Source: Gemmatimonadales bacterium
GTDB lineage: Bacteria; Gemmatimonadota; Gemmatimonadetes; Gemmatimonadales; GWC2-71-9
Assembly (NCBI GenBank): GCA_035763885.1
Contig: DASUAH010000034.1
Location: 104 to 64,103, forward strand
Direction of reading: 5' to 3'
DNA: 64,000 nucleotides
Below the pieces are notes generated by a model. It did no database searches. It had not been told where the DNA came from and saw only the letters and a list, made by a program, of their open reading frames with translations. Each line of letters opens with the position of its first letter. The first letter of the stretch is position 1. A program made the position numbers and the translations under genes. Positions 25,857 through 34,225 of the stretch are shown here, piece by piece.

Positions 25857-26389
25857 ACCGGCGCCCCACCGTGTCCCTGGACCACCCCGAAGAGTGGATC
25901 GTCTTCCTGCGCGTTGTCGTTGGCCTCTACTTCGTCAAGGCGCTCTGGACCAAGCTCTCGTTCGCGCTGGTCGGCGGGTTTGTGCCGGTGCTGGTGACCC
26001 AGGAGCGGTGGATCGACACGATGCCGAAGATCGTCGCGCGTCAGGCCTCGGAAAACCCGATCCTGTGGTACAAAGGGTTCCTCGAGAACACCGTGCTCAC
26101 GCATCCGGCGTTGTTCGCCCATCTCACGGCCTGGGGGGAAACAGCTGTCGGACTCGGCCTGGTGCTGGGGTTGCTCAACGGGCTGGCGGCGGCCACCGGC
26201 ATGCTGATGGTTGCCGGGTACGGGCTGGCCACGCAGTGGATGTCCCCCGGCCAGCGGGGCTTCCACATCGTGCTCTTCGCGGTGATGGTCGTGTTCTTCT
26301 TCGCGCGCGCCGGGCGGCGCTGGGGCCTCGACGCGGTGATCGCGACCCGGAAGCCGGATTCCATGCTGGCAGGGAGGCCGTGGTCGTGA
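25853..26389 (+). CDS. DoxX/DoxD-like integral membrane protein
   Basis: 178 aa with 4 hydrophobic helices. ATGA overlap with the oligopeptidase stop. Family assignment is tentative. Confidence 0.6.
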   Translation: MNRRPTVSLDHPEEWIVFLRVVVGLYFVKALWTKLSFALVGGFVPVLVTQERWIDTMPKIVARQASENPILWYKGFLENTVLTHPALFAHLTAWGETAVGLGLVLGLLNGLAAATGMLMVAGYGLATQWMSPGQRGFHIVLFAVMVVFFFARAGRRWGLDAVIATRKPDSMLAGRPWS

Positions 26390-26419
26390 GGCCGGCGGCG
26401 GAGCAAGACGGACCCCCGA

Positions 26420-27505
26420 TCAGCTTCCGGTGCTCCGCGAGATCGCCACTCCCCACGGCGTCTCCCCGGCGGGGATCTTCTTCAGCACCTCGAGGGTCGT
26501 CGCGTCCACCACGGTGACGTCGTTGGAGGGGCCGTTCGCCGTGTAGAGCTTCTTCCCGTCACCGCTCAGCCCGATGCCCCACGGGCGCCGGCCCACCTGA
26601 ACGGTCTGCTCTACCTTCCCGCTGGTCGCGTCGATCACCGATATCGTGCCACCGCGCCCGTTGGCCACGTAGACCCGCGCGCCGTCGGGACTCACCAGGA
26701 CGCCCATCGGCTTCGAGCCCTCGGGCAGCTTGATCGTGAGGAGCGGCTTGCGGGCTGCCGCATCGATCACCCAGAGCGTGCCGTCCACCTCGGAAGTCAC
26801 ATATGCACGGCTGCCGTCGGGCGAGAACGCGAGGTCGCGCGGGCGCTTCCCCACGCTGATGGCGCCCATCTTTTTCCCCGTCCCGGTATCCAGGATGGTG
26901 ACGTCGTGATCGGTCTCCCCGGTCACCCACACCGTCCGGCCGTCCGGGTGGGTCCGCACGCCCTCGGGCTCCCTCCCGACGGGAACCGTGGCCACCACCT
27001 TGCCGCTGGCTATGTCAATGATCGAGGCGGTGTTCGCGTCCTCGTTCGACACGAACATTCTGGTGCCGTCCTTCGACAGGTCGAAGGTCTCGGGATCGGA
27101 GCCGCCCGGCAGCACCCGGGCCACCTGCCGGGAGGCCACGTCCACCAGGGCCACCCCGTCCTTGCTCTTGTCCGCCACCAGCTTCTCGCACTCCTCGTCC
27201 GGCATGGTGGGGGGGCACTTGGGCGAACCGCTGAGTGCGACGTAGACCGTCCGGCCGTCGTCGCTTACCCGCACGCCGCGGGGTCGGGTGCCCACTTCGA
27301 TCGTGGCGACGACGCTGTCGGTCCGGGTATCGATGACACTGAGGTTGCGGGAGTCCTCGTTTGTGACGTAGGCCAGCTCCGAGGGGGGAGTGCCCGTGGC
27401 CGCTGCCGACGCGGCGGTCGTCTCGGCCGGGGGGCCGCCCGCTCCAGGGCGGTCGGGGGCGCACGCGGCGAGGAGTGCCGCTGCGGCGAGAAAGCTAGTT
27501 CGCAT
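26420..27505 (-). CDS. YVTN-family beta-propeller repeat lipoprotein
   Basis: Lipobox MRTSFLAAAALLAAC. Repeated (YVTN/YVAN..d..VSVID..tgkv...i.vG..P.gv..spDG) blades. Confidence 0.8.
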   Translation of the reverse strand: MRTSFLAAAALLAACAPDRPGAGGPPAETTAASAAATGTPPSELAYVTNEDSRNLSVIDTRTDSVVATIEVGTRPRGVRVSDDGRTVYVALSGSPKCPPTMPDEECEKLVADKSKDGVALVDVASRQVARVLPGGSDPETFDLSKDGTRMFVSNEDANTASIIDIASGKVVATVPVGREPEGVRTHPDGRTVWVTGETDHDVTILDTGTGKKMGAISVGKRPRDLAFSPDGSRAYVTSEVDGTLWVIDAAARKPLLTIKLPEGSKPMGVLVSPDGARVYVANGRGGTISVIDATSGKVEQTVQVGRRPWGIGLSGDGKKLYTANGPSNDVTVVDATTLEVLKKIPAGETPWGVAISRSTGS

Positions 27506-28385
27506 CGAAGATGGCCTTGTCGCGGTTCCTGGCCTCGTCGAGCCCCTTGATCTGCGTCCGCCCGATGATGTCGCGGAAGATCGCGCCACTGACGTCGGCC
27601 TTCGCGAGATTGGCGCCGGTGAGGTCGGCCCGCGTGAAGTCGGTTTGTACCAGATCGCTGTTGCTCAGGTCGGCGTTGACCAGCTTTGCCTCGCCGAGGT
27701 TCGCGTACGAGAAATCGGCCTTGAAGAGATTGGCGCCCGTGAGATCGGCGCCGTGCAAATCGGCGCCCACGAACTGGGCCCGCATCACTCCCATGGACTG
27801 ATTACCGGGGTCGGCGCCGATGTTCGCCTCGCGCAGGTTGGCGCCGGCGAGCCTGGCGTTCTTCAGGTAGCCGATGATGCGCGTCCGCGAGAGGTTGGCG
27901 CCGCGCAGATCCGCCGCCTCGATGATCGTCGCGAAGAGGCTGGCGCCCTCCAGGTTGGCGTGCTGGAGGTCGGCTCGGCGGAGCGTGGTGACGTCGAGGT
28001 TGGCCTCGCGGAGATCGGCGTCCGCGAGGACGGCGTCGGTCAGGTCGGAGCTCAGGAGGTTCGCCTTGGCCAGTTTCGCTCCTGCCAGGCGTGAACCGGT
28101 GAGGGTCGCGCTCCGGAAGTCCAGGCCGGCCAGGTCGAGCCCGCTCAGGTCCGTTCGGCTGAGATCGGCCGGATTTTGCGCCGACCCCTTCGCGACCTCG
28201 GCCCGGACCTCGGCAACGGTGAGCTTCCGGAGTCCGGCGGTCTGGGCGCCGGCCGGGGGGACGCCGAGGCCGAGGCCCGCGGCGAGGCCGAGAAAAGCGA
28301 GCGGGAGACGCACGGCGTGCCTCCAGTCGAGATGACGGCAAGCGCGACGGGACCGCCCAGCCTGCGCGGTCCCGTAGCGCTCCAT
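27495..28385 (-). CDS. pentapeptide-repeat protein, secreted
   Basis: Start MERYG at 28385, 15 nt after the upstream stop. Signal LPLAFLGLAAGLGLGVPPAGAQ, followed by more than 35 A(D/N)LxX pentads (ADLSRTDLSGLDLAGLDFRSATLTGSRLAGAKLAKANL...). Confidence 0.85.
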   Translation of the reverse strand: MERYGTAQAGRSRRACRHLDWRHAVRLPLAFLGLAAGLGLGVPPAGAQTAGLRKLTVAEVRAEVAKGSAQNPADLSRTDLSGLDLAGLDFRSATLTGSRLAGAKLAKANLLSSDLTDAVLADADLREANLDVTTLRRADLQHANLEGASLFATIIEAADLRGANLSRTRIIGYLKNARLAGANLREANIGADPGNQSMGVMRAQFVGADLHGADLTGANLFKADFSYANLGEAKLVNADLSNSDLVQTDFTRADLTGANLAKADVSGAIFRDIIGRTQIKGLDEARNRDKAIFDAN

Positions 28386-28399
28386 CGAACGCGGTTGAG

Positions 28400-28849
28400 T
28401 CAGCTTTGGGACTTCTCCACCTTCACCGCCGGCCGTCCGATCCCGATCTTCTTGTCGGCGCGGCCCTTCACGTACTTGTAGATGTTCTCGATCTTGTCCA
28501 TCTCGAGCCCGAGCGCGCACCAGGCGGGCATCCCCTTCTCGGGGCGGCCGGCACACACCACCTGCACGAACAACTCCTTGCTCGGCACCGTCCCGTCAGG
28601 CTGCAGTGATACGATCAGGGCGGGGGCGAACGAGGTGCCCACCGCGTACTCGCCGTGGCAGCGCGCGCAGTTGAGCTCGTACTGCTTCCAGCCGTTGTAC
28701 ACGTCCTGCGCGACGGTGTCCCTGGGCGCAGTGTGATACGGATCGCGCGCCTGCGCGCCGGCGTCCCGGCCTGCCCCGGCCAGCAGAACGAAGACGGTGA
28801 CGACAGCACCGGCCAGGCGGGCGACCGGCGAGAACGAGGCGATTCGCAT
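28400..28849 (-). CDS. xoxG: c-type cytochrome (xoxG/mxaG-position electron acceptor candidate)
   Basis: MRIASFSPVARLAGAVVTVFVLLAGAG signal and CARCHG haem site, 149 aa. The symbol is based on operon position after xoxF-xoxJ, not on sequence-level proof. Confidence 0.75.
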   Translation of the reverse strand: MRIASFSPVARLAGAVVTVFVLLAGAGRDAGAQARDPYHTAPRDTVAQDVYNGWKQYELNCARCHGEYAVGTSFAPALIVSLQPDGTVPSKELFVQVVCAGRPEKGMPAWCALGLEMDKIENIYKYVKGRADKKIGIGRPAVKVEKSQS

Positions 28850-28981
28850 CTTGACGGACGGTCCTTTCAGCCTCTGAGGGCCCACGAGAAACGCCACGAC
28901 CACGGACAGACAAGCGCAACCGACGTGCCGCCCAAGGACGGACCGCCGAGGCGTGGGAACGGGGTAGTGGTAACTCGCATG

Positions 28982-29010
28982 ATTATACACCGTTGCCGCT
29001 TCGCTGTCGC
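28982..29010 (-). promoter_or_regulatory. internal promoter candidate GCGACA-N17-TATAAT at the 3-prime end of xoxJ
   Basis: A perfect TATAAT (28987-28982, minus strand) overlaps the xoxJ TAA stop, with exactly 17-nt spacing to GCGACA (29010-29005). It lies about 125 nt upstream of the cytochrome c ATG. Confidence 0.35.
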
Positions 29011-29957
29011 GGGGGACTCGACGGCGCCCCGGTCCCCGTGGCCGCCGGGGCGTCCCCCCGCGGGGCCGCTCTCGTACGCTCCTCCTCGGCCTTCTTCGGC
29101 TCGACCACCGGGAGCAGCGGCACGTGGTACTCGCGCAGGATGGCCTCGATCTCGGGTCGCTTCCGGTCGATCACCTGCTGCAGGCTGTCCCGCAGCTCCC
29201 CGTCCCGCCGCCGCACAGCCATCGACATGTTGAACGCAAACGGAATATCGGCCAGGCTGTCGTACTCGATCGGCCTGATGACGAGCGGCACCGGCGCCCG
29301 GGTGGCGAAGTAGCCGGCCAGCGGTCCCCAGACGATGGAGACATCGACCTTCTTGTCGACCACCGCGTCGATGATGGCTTCGGGGCGGTCGAGCTCGCTG
29401 TAGAAGGTGCCGAATCCCACCAGGTTGCCCACGACTCCGTGGCGGCTCAGCGCCATCGCGGGGGGCGTATTCTCCGCGTCGGAGTTGAGCAGGTTCACCC
29501 CGATCTTGAGCTTCTTCCAGTCGGGGTCATCCAGTGACTGGAGGTCGAGCCCGCTGTCCTTCCGGTAGACGATCACGTACGCCGAGCGGAAGTAGGGCTT
29601 GGTGGTCGCCGCCATGTCGAGCTCGGCGGGCGCGGTGAGGGCGATATCGCAGTAGCGGCCATTCAGGGCGCGCGAGAAGAACCCGCGGCGCACCGGCCAC
29701 CAGGCGTACTCGAGCTTCGCGTTCCATTCCTTGGCGAGGAGCTCGGCGATCTTGTTCTCGTAGCCCTCACCCTTCTCGTTCGAGGCCGGCATGTTGTCGG
29801 GGTCGGCACAGATGCGGAGCACCCCCGCCGTGGGGAGGGTCGAACGAAGGCCGCCGCCCTGCTGCGCCGGGGCGGGGGCGGGTGTCACGAGGAGCGCGAG
29901 CAGGCCAACGCTCGCGGCGGCTCGGAGCAGCATGCAGAAACGCTGGTGCGCGGTCAT
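28983..29957 (-). CDS. xoxJ: MxaJ/XoxJ-like periplasmic substrate-binding protein associated with quinoprotein dehydrogenases
   Basis: 324 aa. Signal, LRICADPDNMPASN, YENKIAELLAKEW and YCDIAL motifs typical of the MxaJ family. Pro/Ala-rich C-terminal tail. Confidence 0.85.
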   Translation of the reverse strand: MTAHQRFCMLLRAAASVGLLALLVTPAPAPAQQGGGLRSTLPTAGVLRICADPDNMPASNEKGEGYENKIAELLAKEWNAKLEYAWWPVRRGFFSRALNGRYCDIALTAPAELDMAATTKPYFRSAYVIVYRKDSGLDLQSLDDPDWKKLKIGVNLLNSDAENTPPAMALSRHGVVGNLVGFGTFYSELDRPEAIIDAVVDKKVDVSIVWGPLAGYFATRAPVPLVIRPIEYDSLADIPFAFNMSMAVRRRDGELRDSLQQVIDRKRPEIEAILREYHVPLLPVVEPKKAEEERTRAAPRGDAPAATGTGAPSSPPRQRSGNGV

Positions 29958-30025
29958 GCCTGCATCCCGGTACTGAGGGCCGGCGCGCCTTGGTTCGGTC
30001 CGGCGCGGGGGACCCGTGGTGACGA

Positions 30026-30058
30026 ACGGCGCCGGAGCGGGTCGCGCTCCGGCGCCGT
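30026..30058 (-). promoter_or_regulatory. 14-bp perfect intercistronic hairpin between xoxF and xoxJ
   Basis: ACGGCGCCGGAGCG (30026-30039), 5-nt loop, CGCTCCGGCGCCGT (30045-30058). No U-tract. Candidate mRNA-stability or partial-termination element. Confidence 0.5.
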
Positions 30059-30127
30059 CGCCGTACCTCGTGAATCTAGCCCCATCGGGCGCCGACGGCG
30101 ACGCCGCCGGGCCCGCGGGGGTGCTGC

Positions 30128-31939
30128 CTAGAGCGAGAAGACCGTCAGCACGCCACCCTGGGTGGAGAACTGACCCGCGTCGCCGAACGCGCCGAGCGCG
30201 CCCAGCCCCGCGGTCGGATCCTCGGCGCCGATCCCGGCGGCCACGCCGATGCCGGCCCAGCCACCGATGCCCGAGAGCACCGCGACGTACTGCTTGCCGC
30301 CGCTGGTGTAGGTCATCGGGTTGCCGATGATGCCCGAGGGCGTCTTGAAGCGCCAGAGCTCCTTGCCGCTCTGGGCGTCAACCGCCTTGAGCCAGCCTTC
30401 CATCGTGCCGTAGAAGACCACGCCGCCCGCCGTCGCGAGGGCGCCGCCGTACGCGGCGAGGTTCTCCTTGATCTCCCACTTCACGGTGCCCGCCATCGGA
30501 TCCCACGCGATGAACCGGCCGCGGTGACCGCCCGGGCCGGGGAACATGCGCACGATCGCGCCGACGTAGGGCTGGCCGGCCGAGTACTTCACTTCCACGC
30601 CCTCGTAGTCCATGCAGATGTGGTTCGCGGGGACGTAGAAGAGGCCGGTGGTGGGGCTGTATGCGGCGGGCTGCTGATCCTTGAAGCCGATCGCCGCCGG
30701 GCAGATGCCCTCGGTGTTCTTCTTGGAGGTGGTGCCGTACTTCGGATCGCGCACCGGGAGGCCGGTCGTCAGGTCGACGCTCTTGGCCCAGTTGACCGGG
30801 CCGAATGGCTTGGCCACGACCAGCTTGCCGTTGGTGCGGTCGAGCGTGTAGCCGAAGCCGTTACGATCGAAGTGGGCCAGCAGCTTCTGGCCGCCCTTCT
30901 CGAACAGCACCATCTCGTTGATGCCGTCGTAGTCCCACTCGTCGTGCGGCGTCATCTGGTAGGCCCAGACCACCGAGCCGTCGGCCGGCTTGCGGGCCCA
31001 GATCGTCATCGACCACTTGTTGTCGCCCGGCCGCTGGTCGGGGTTCCAGGTCCCGGGGTTGCCCGAGCCGTAATAGAAGAGATCGAGCTCGGGATCGTAC
31101 GAGTACCAGCCCCAGGTGGTGCCGCCGCCGCGCTTCCACTCGTCACCCTGCCAGGTCGACACGCCGAGGTCCTTGCCCTTGTGCGAGGCGTAGTTTGCGT
31201 TGCCGACGCCGTTCTGGATGCCGACCTCGTCGTCCGGACCGGTGGAGTACCGGGTCCAGAGATGCTTGCCGGTGTTCACGTCGAACGCCGAGACGCGGCC
31301 GCGGACGCCGAACTCACCGCCCGAAATGCCGGCAATGACGATGTCCTTGATCACGATCGGGGCGTTGGTCATCGTGGCGCCGGTCTTGTAACCGTTCGCC
31401 TCGGGACCCGCGTTCGACTTGTCCGGGTGCTTCGACTTCCACAGCTCCTTGCCGGTCTTGGCGTCGAGCGCGAGCAACTCACCCTGAAGCAGCTGGATGA
31501 AGATCTTGCCGCTGGGGTGGTACGCCGTGCCGCGGTTCACCAGGTCGCAGCACGCGATGGGAATCGCATCGGGCGACTGGTTCGGCACGTGCTTCCAGAT
31601 CTGCGGTGCACCCGGCTTGGAAAGGTCGAGCGCGTAGACGATGTTCGGGAACGAGGTGTGCACGTACATCACGTTCCCGATGATGAGCGGATTGCCCTCG
31701 TGACCTCGCAGCGTCCCGGTCGAGAACGTCCAGGCCGCTTTCAGGTTGGCCACGTTGGCAGTCGTGATCTGCTTGAGCGGGCTGAACCGCTGCATGCCGT
31801 AATCAATGCCCGTCATGTGCACCTCGCCCGCGGGCGCATTCAGGGTCCAAGCCCCTGACTTCGCCTGGGCGTTGGCGACGGTCGCGAGCGTGCAACTCGC
31901 GGCGACGCCACCCACCACCATCCGAGTAAAGCGGTTCAT
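30128..31939 (-). CDS. xoxF: PQQ-dependent methanol dehydrogenase, XoxF (lanthanide) type
   Basis: 603 aa from ATG 31939 (GAGG Shine-Dalgarno 6 nt upstream). Signal MNRFTRMVVGGVAASCTLATVANA, vicinal Cys IACCDLVNRG, PHDEWDYDGINEMV (D336-Y337-D338 at 30926-30934), and the MDH-type C-terminus GGVLTVFSL. Confidence 0.95.
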   Translation of the reverse strand: MNRFTRMVVGGVAASCTLATVANAQAKSGAWTLNAPAGEVHMTGIDYGMQRFSPLKQITTANVANLKAAWTFSTGTLRGHEGNPLIIGNVMYVHTSFPNIVYALDLSKPGAPQIWKHVPNQSPDAIPIACCDLVNRGTAYHPSGKIFIQLLQGELLALDAKTGKELWKSKHPDKSNAGPEANGYKTGATMTNAPIVIKDIVIAGISGGEFGVRGRVSAFDVNTGKHLWTRYSTGPDDEVGIQNGVGNANYASHKGKDLGVSTWQGDEWKRGGGTTWGWYSYDPELDLFYYGSGNPGTWNPDQRPGDNKWSMTIWARKPADGSVVWAYQMTPHDEWDYDGINEMVLFEKGGQKLLAHFDRNGFGYTLDRTNGKLVVAKPFGPVNWAKSVDLTTGLPVRDPKYGTTSKKNTEGICPAAIGFKDQQPAAYSPTTGLFYVPANHICMDYEGVEVKYSAGQPYVGAIVRMFPGPGGHRGRFIAWDPMAGTVKWEIKENLAAYGGALATAGGVVFYGTMEGWLKAVDAQSGKELWRFKTPSGIIGNPMTYTSGGKQYVAVLSGIGGWAGIGVAAGIGAEDPTAGLGALGAFGDAGQFSTQGGVLTVFSL

Positions 31940-32161
31940 AACTGACCTCAGGATGAAGGGTGATACTACCGCACCTGCACCTTCGGGATAGTGCCTTGTG
32001 GTGCCCCGGCCGGGCCCCCGGTCCTCCGTCGCTCCGGAAGCCCAGGCCCGCCGAGAAGGGCGCTCACGCGCGCGCGCCAGGTGGGCCACGCTCGATCGTG
32101 CACGCCATCCAGAAACCCCCGGCACAGGGGCTCCGAACCCGGATACGCGGGAAACTGATCC

Positions 32162-32187
32162 TTTGCATGTACGCCCAAAATCGCAAA
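32162..32187. promoter_or_regulatory. inverted repeat TTTGC-N16-GCAAA in the AT-richer patch upstream of xoxF
   Basis: TTTGC at 32162-32166 and GCAAA at 32183-32187, about 225-250 nt upstream of the xoxF ATG. It is short and could be chance. Confidence 0.2.
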
Positions 32188-32629
32188 AGCGCCAGACGGG
32201 GCGCCCGGCACCCGCCGGACCGACGGCGGGGCAGATCTGAGATGACCGGGGCGGGGGAGATACCGACATGACCATGTGGGTGAAGCGCGACGGGGCACCG
32301 CCACTTGACCCACGGGCGTTGGGACCGCAGCCATGCGGTCGCAGCGAACGGGAAAGATCCCATCATGGACATCGGCCAGGCCGTCGTCCCTCGCCGGGTT
32401 GTCTCGGAGGAATAGACCACCGCAACGGAGCGATCCGTCGGGCGGCGTCGCCAGGAGTTCCTGGACTGTTGTTGCGGCGCGGCTCGGCCGCCGCGGAGCG
32501 CGACCGGTGCGCAGTGCCGTTCGCCCTCACCAGTCGCACCACCCGGCAGCCGCGGCGCGAGTTCCCACGCGGAGATCCTGGGTCCGACTGGAAGGCGGGC
32601 GGAAACTATACCGCTCGCATTCTCAACTG

Positions 32630-33616
32630 TCAATCACGCAACGCCTTCGTCACCGCCCTCCAGACCCGGGCGCCCTCCGCCGCAAACGCGCCGGTCGAGA
32701 CCTGTCCGGTCGTACCGAGCCACTCCCTCGCGCACCGCGCCAGCCGCTCGGCCTCGGCATCACCGCGAACGATGGCGTAAGCTGTTGGACCCCAAGAGCT
32801 TTGGCCAACCCCCGGAGCCCCAGCCCCGGCGAATCGCTCGATCAGCATTCCGGTCGGGCCCGGCGCGAAGACGCCCCCCTGGCTCGCTGCGAACCAGCCG
32901 CCGGTTATGCGCTGGATCTCGCTCAGCGCCGCGCCGAAGGCCGCCAGGTCTCCATCGACGAGCGCCGGGAGAAGTCCCATGAGCGCCAGATGGGCCACGC
33001 GCTCCACCTCGCGGGCGGCCGGCGGGGGCAGGCGCCGGAACGCCGCGGCCTCGGCGTCGCCGCTCAGGCCCGGTGGACCCTCGGGGATCGCGAGCACGTA
33101 CCGCCACGAGGCCGGCAGCGGATACCGCGCGAGCAGCGGGGCGATGGCGTCGGACTCCGGCGGACGGCCGCCCTCGACGATGAACCCCCCGGACGCGAAC
33201 GCGTGCGTGCCGATGGCTGACCGGCGCCCGCGTCCCGCTGCGCGGGCGAGCTCCGGCGCCGCTGCGTCGATGCCGTGGAGCTCGGCGAGCGCCCGTGCCA
33301 CTGCGAGGCCGAGCTGGGTGCCCGAGCCGAGCCCCGCGTGGGCGGGGATCGCGCGGTGCACGCGGATGCGTGCCGCCCCCTGAAGGCCCCATCGCGCCGT
33401 CACGCGCCGGGCGAAGCTCGCCGCGCGCCTGGCGTCCGGCCCGGCGGCGGCGAACTCCGCCGCGCGCCCCACTTCGACGAGCAGCGACGGGGTGGGGATC
33501 GCCGCGCCCAGTCCGCCGAACCGGCGCCCCAGATCCCCCCTGAGGTCGAGCACGCCGAAGTGGAGACGCGCCGGCGCCTCCACGAACACCGCGTCCGCAT
33601 CGCCAGGCCCCGTCAC
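32630..33616 (-). CDS. beta-ribofuranosylaminobenzene 5-phosphate (beta-RFAP) synthase, H4MPT biosynthesis (GHMP-kinase fold)
   Basis: APARLHFGVLDL.G..GRRFGGLG, IPAHAGLGSGTQLGLAVA and SSWGPT motifs. The GTG 33616 start overlaps the DUF447 stop (GTGA). Confidence 0.85.
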   Translation of the reverse strand: MTGPGDADAVFVEAPARLHFGVLDLRGDLGRRFGGLGAAIPTPSLLVEVGRAAEFAAAGPDARRAASFARRVTARWGLQGAARIRVHRAIPAHAGLGSGTQLGLAVARALAELHGIDAAAPELARAAGRGRRSAIGTHAFASGGFIVEGGRPPESDAIAPLLARYPLPASWRYVLAIPEGPPGLSGDAEAAAFRRLPPPAAREVERVAHLALMGLLPALVDGDLAAFGAALSEIQRITGGWFAASQGGVFAPGPTGMLIERFAGAGAPGVGQSSWGPTAYAIVRGDAEAERLARCAREWLGTTGQVSTGAFAAEGARVWRAVTKALRD

Positions 33617-34203
33617 TTGCCCGCCCCCGCGCCCGCTTCCGCCCCCCCGGCCAGCCGCTCCGCCACGTAGCCCCGCAGCAGCTCCCAGGCCTCCTGCTCC
33701 CGGGGGCCGGCGGTCTTCTCCACCAGAACCGCGAGCCGCGCGAGCTCGTCGCGGACCTGGGCACCGGGCAGCAGGTGCACCCGGGTGGCGAGGATGGCGG
33801 CCTCGAGCACGGCGTGGCGGGCGCGATTGAACCCGATGAAATCGCGGCGGGTGCCCCGGTGGACCACCCGCGTGACGATGCGCGAGCGCGGGGGTGTGCC
33901 GTCGAGGTGCACCACTTCGAGCTCGCGCCAGGAGCACGCGGCGTCGAGGACCGCGCCCGGTACCGCCGACGCCGGCGACCAGGGAAACTCCGGGCTGGCG
34001 ATCGCGCTCCGGGCGAACAGCAGCACGTCGTCGGTCAGGTTGACCACGGCCGCGCGCGTGGCGCTCACGTTGCGGAAGGTCGTCGTGTCGAGAAACGGCT
34101 TGAGCACGATCGTCTCCTCGTCCCATTCGACACCCATGGGCGCGAAGTTGACCCGCCCGTCGGGCGCCAGCGACGTGACGATCGACTCGATGATGAGGGG
34201 CAT
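33613..34203 (-). CDS. DUF447 family protein (H4MPT-biosynthesis associated, flavin-reductase-like fold)
   Basis: 196 aa. MPLIIESIVTS...G.VNFAPMGV...T.T..N pattern. The family call is from memory and gene context. Confidence 0.7.
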   Translation of the reverse strand: MPLIIESIVTSLAPDGRVNFAPMGVEWDEETIVLKPFLDTTTFRNVSATRAAVVNLTDDVLLFARSAIASPEFPWSPASAVPGAVLDAACSWRELEVVHLDGTPPRSRIVTRVVHRGTRRDFIGFNRARHAVLEAAILATRVHLLPGAQVRDELARLAVLVEKTAGPREQEAWELLRGYVAERLAGGAEAGAGAGK

Positions 34204-34225
34204 GGTCGTCGCTGCCGGCTATCCG

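Noticed and set aside
27540-28150. DNA-level periodic repeats resembling a tandem-repeat locus
   Set aside because: They are explained by the pentapeptide-repeat coding sequence (5-codon periodicity) of the 27495-28385 gene, not by an independent repeat element.
31991-32007. Sigma54-like element (GGCAC-N5-GGCA on the minus strand) 50-70 nt upstream of xoxF
   Set aside because: The -12 GC dinucleotide is one nucleotide too close to the -24 GG compared with the TGGCAC-N5-TTGC consensus, and the TTGC is not matched. Sigma54 promoters tolerate spacing changes poorly.
32064-32780. Track ORFs 32064..32633 (-) and 32268..32780 (+) in the xoxF upstream spacer
   Set aside because: They have many A/T-ending codons and no family resemblance, unlike the strong GC3 bias of credible genes here. 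One also runs into the beta-RFAP synthase gene in antisense. The region is treated as non-coding.
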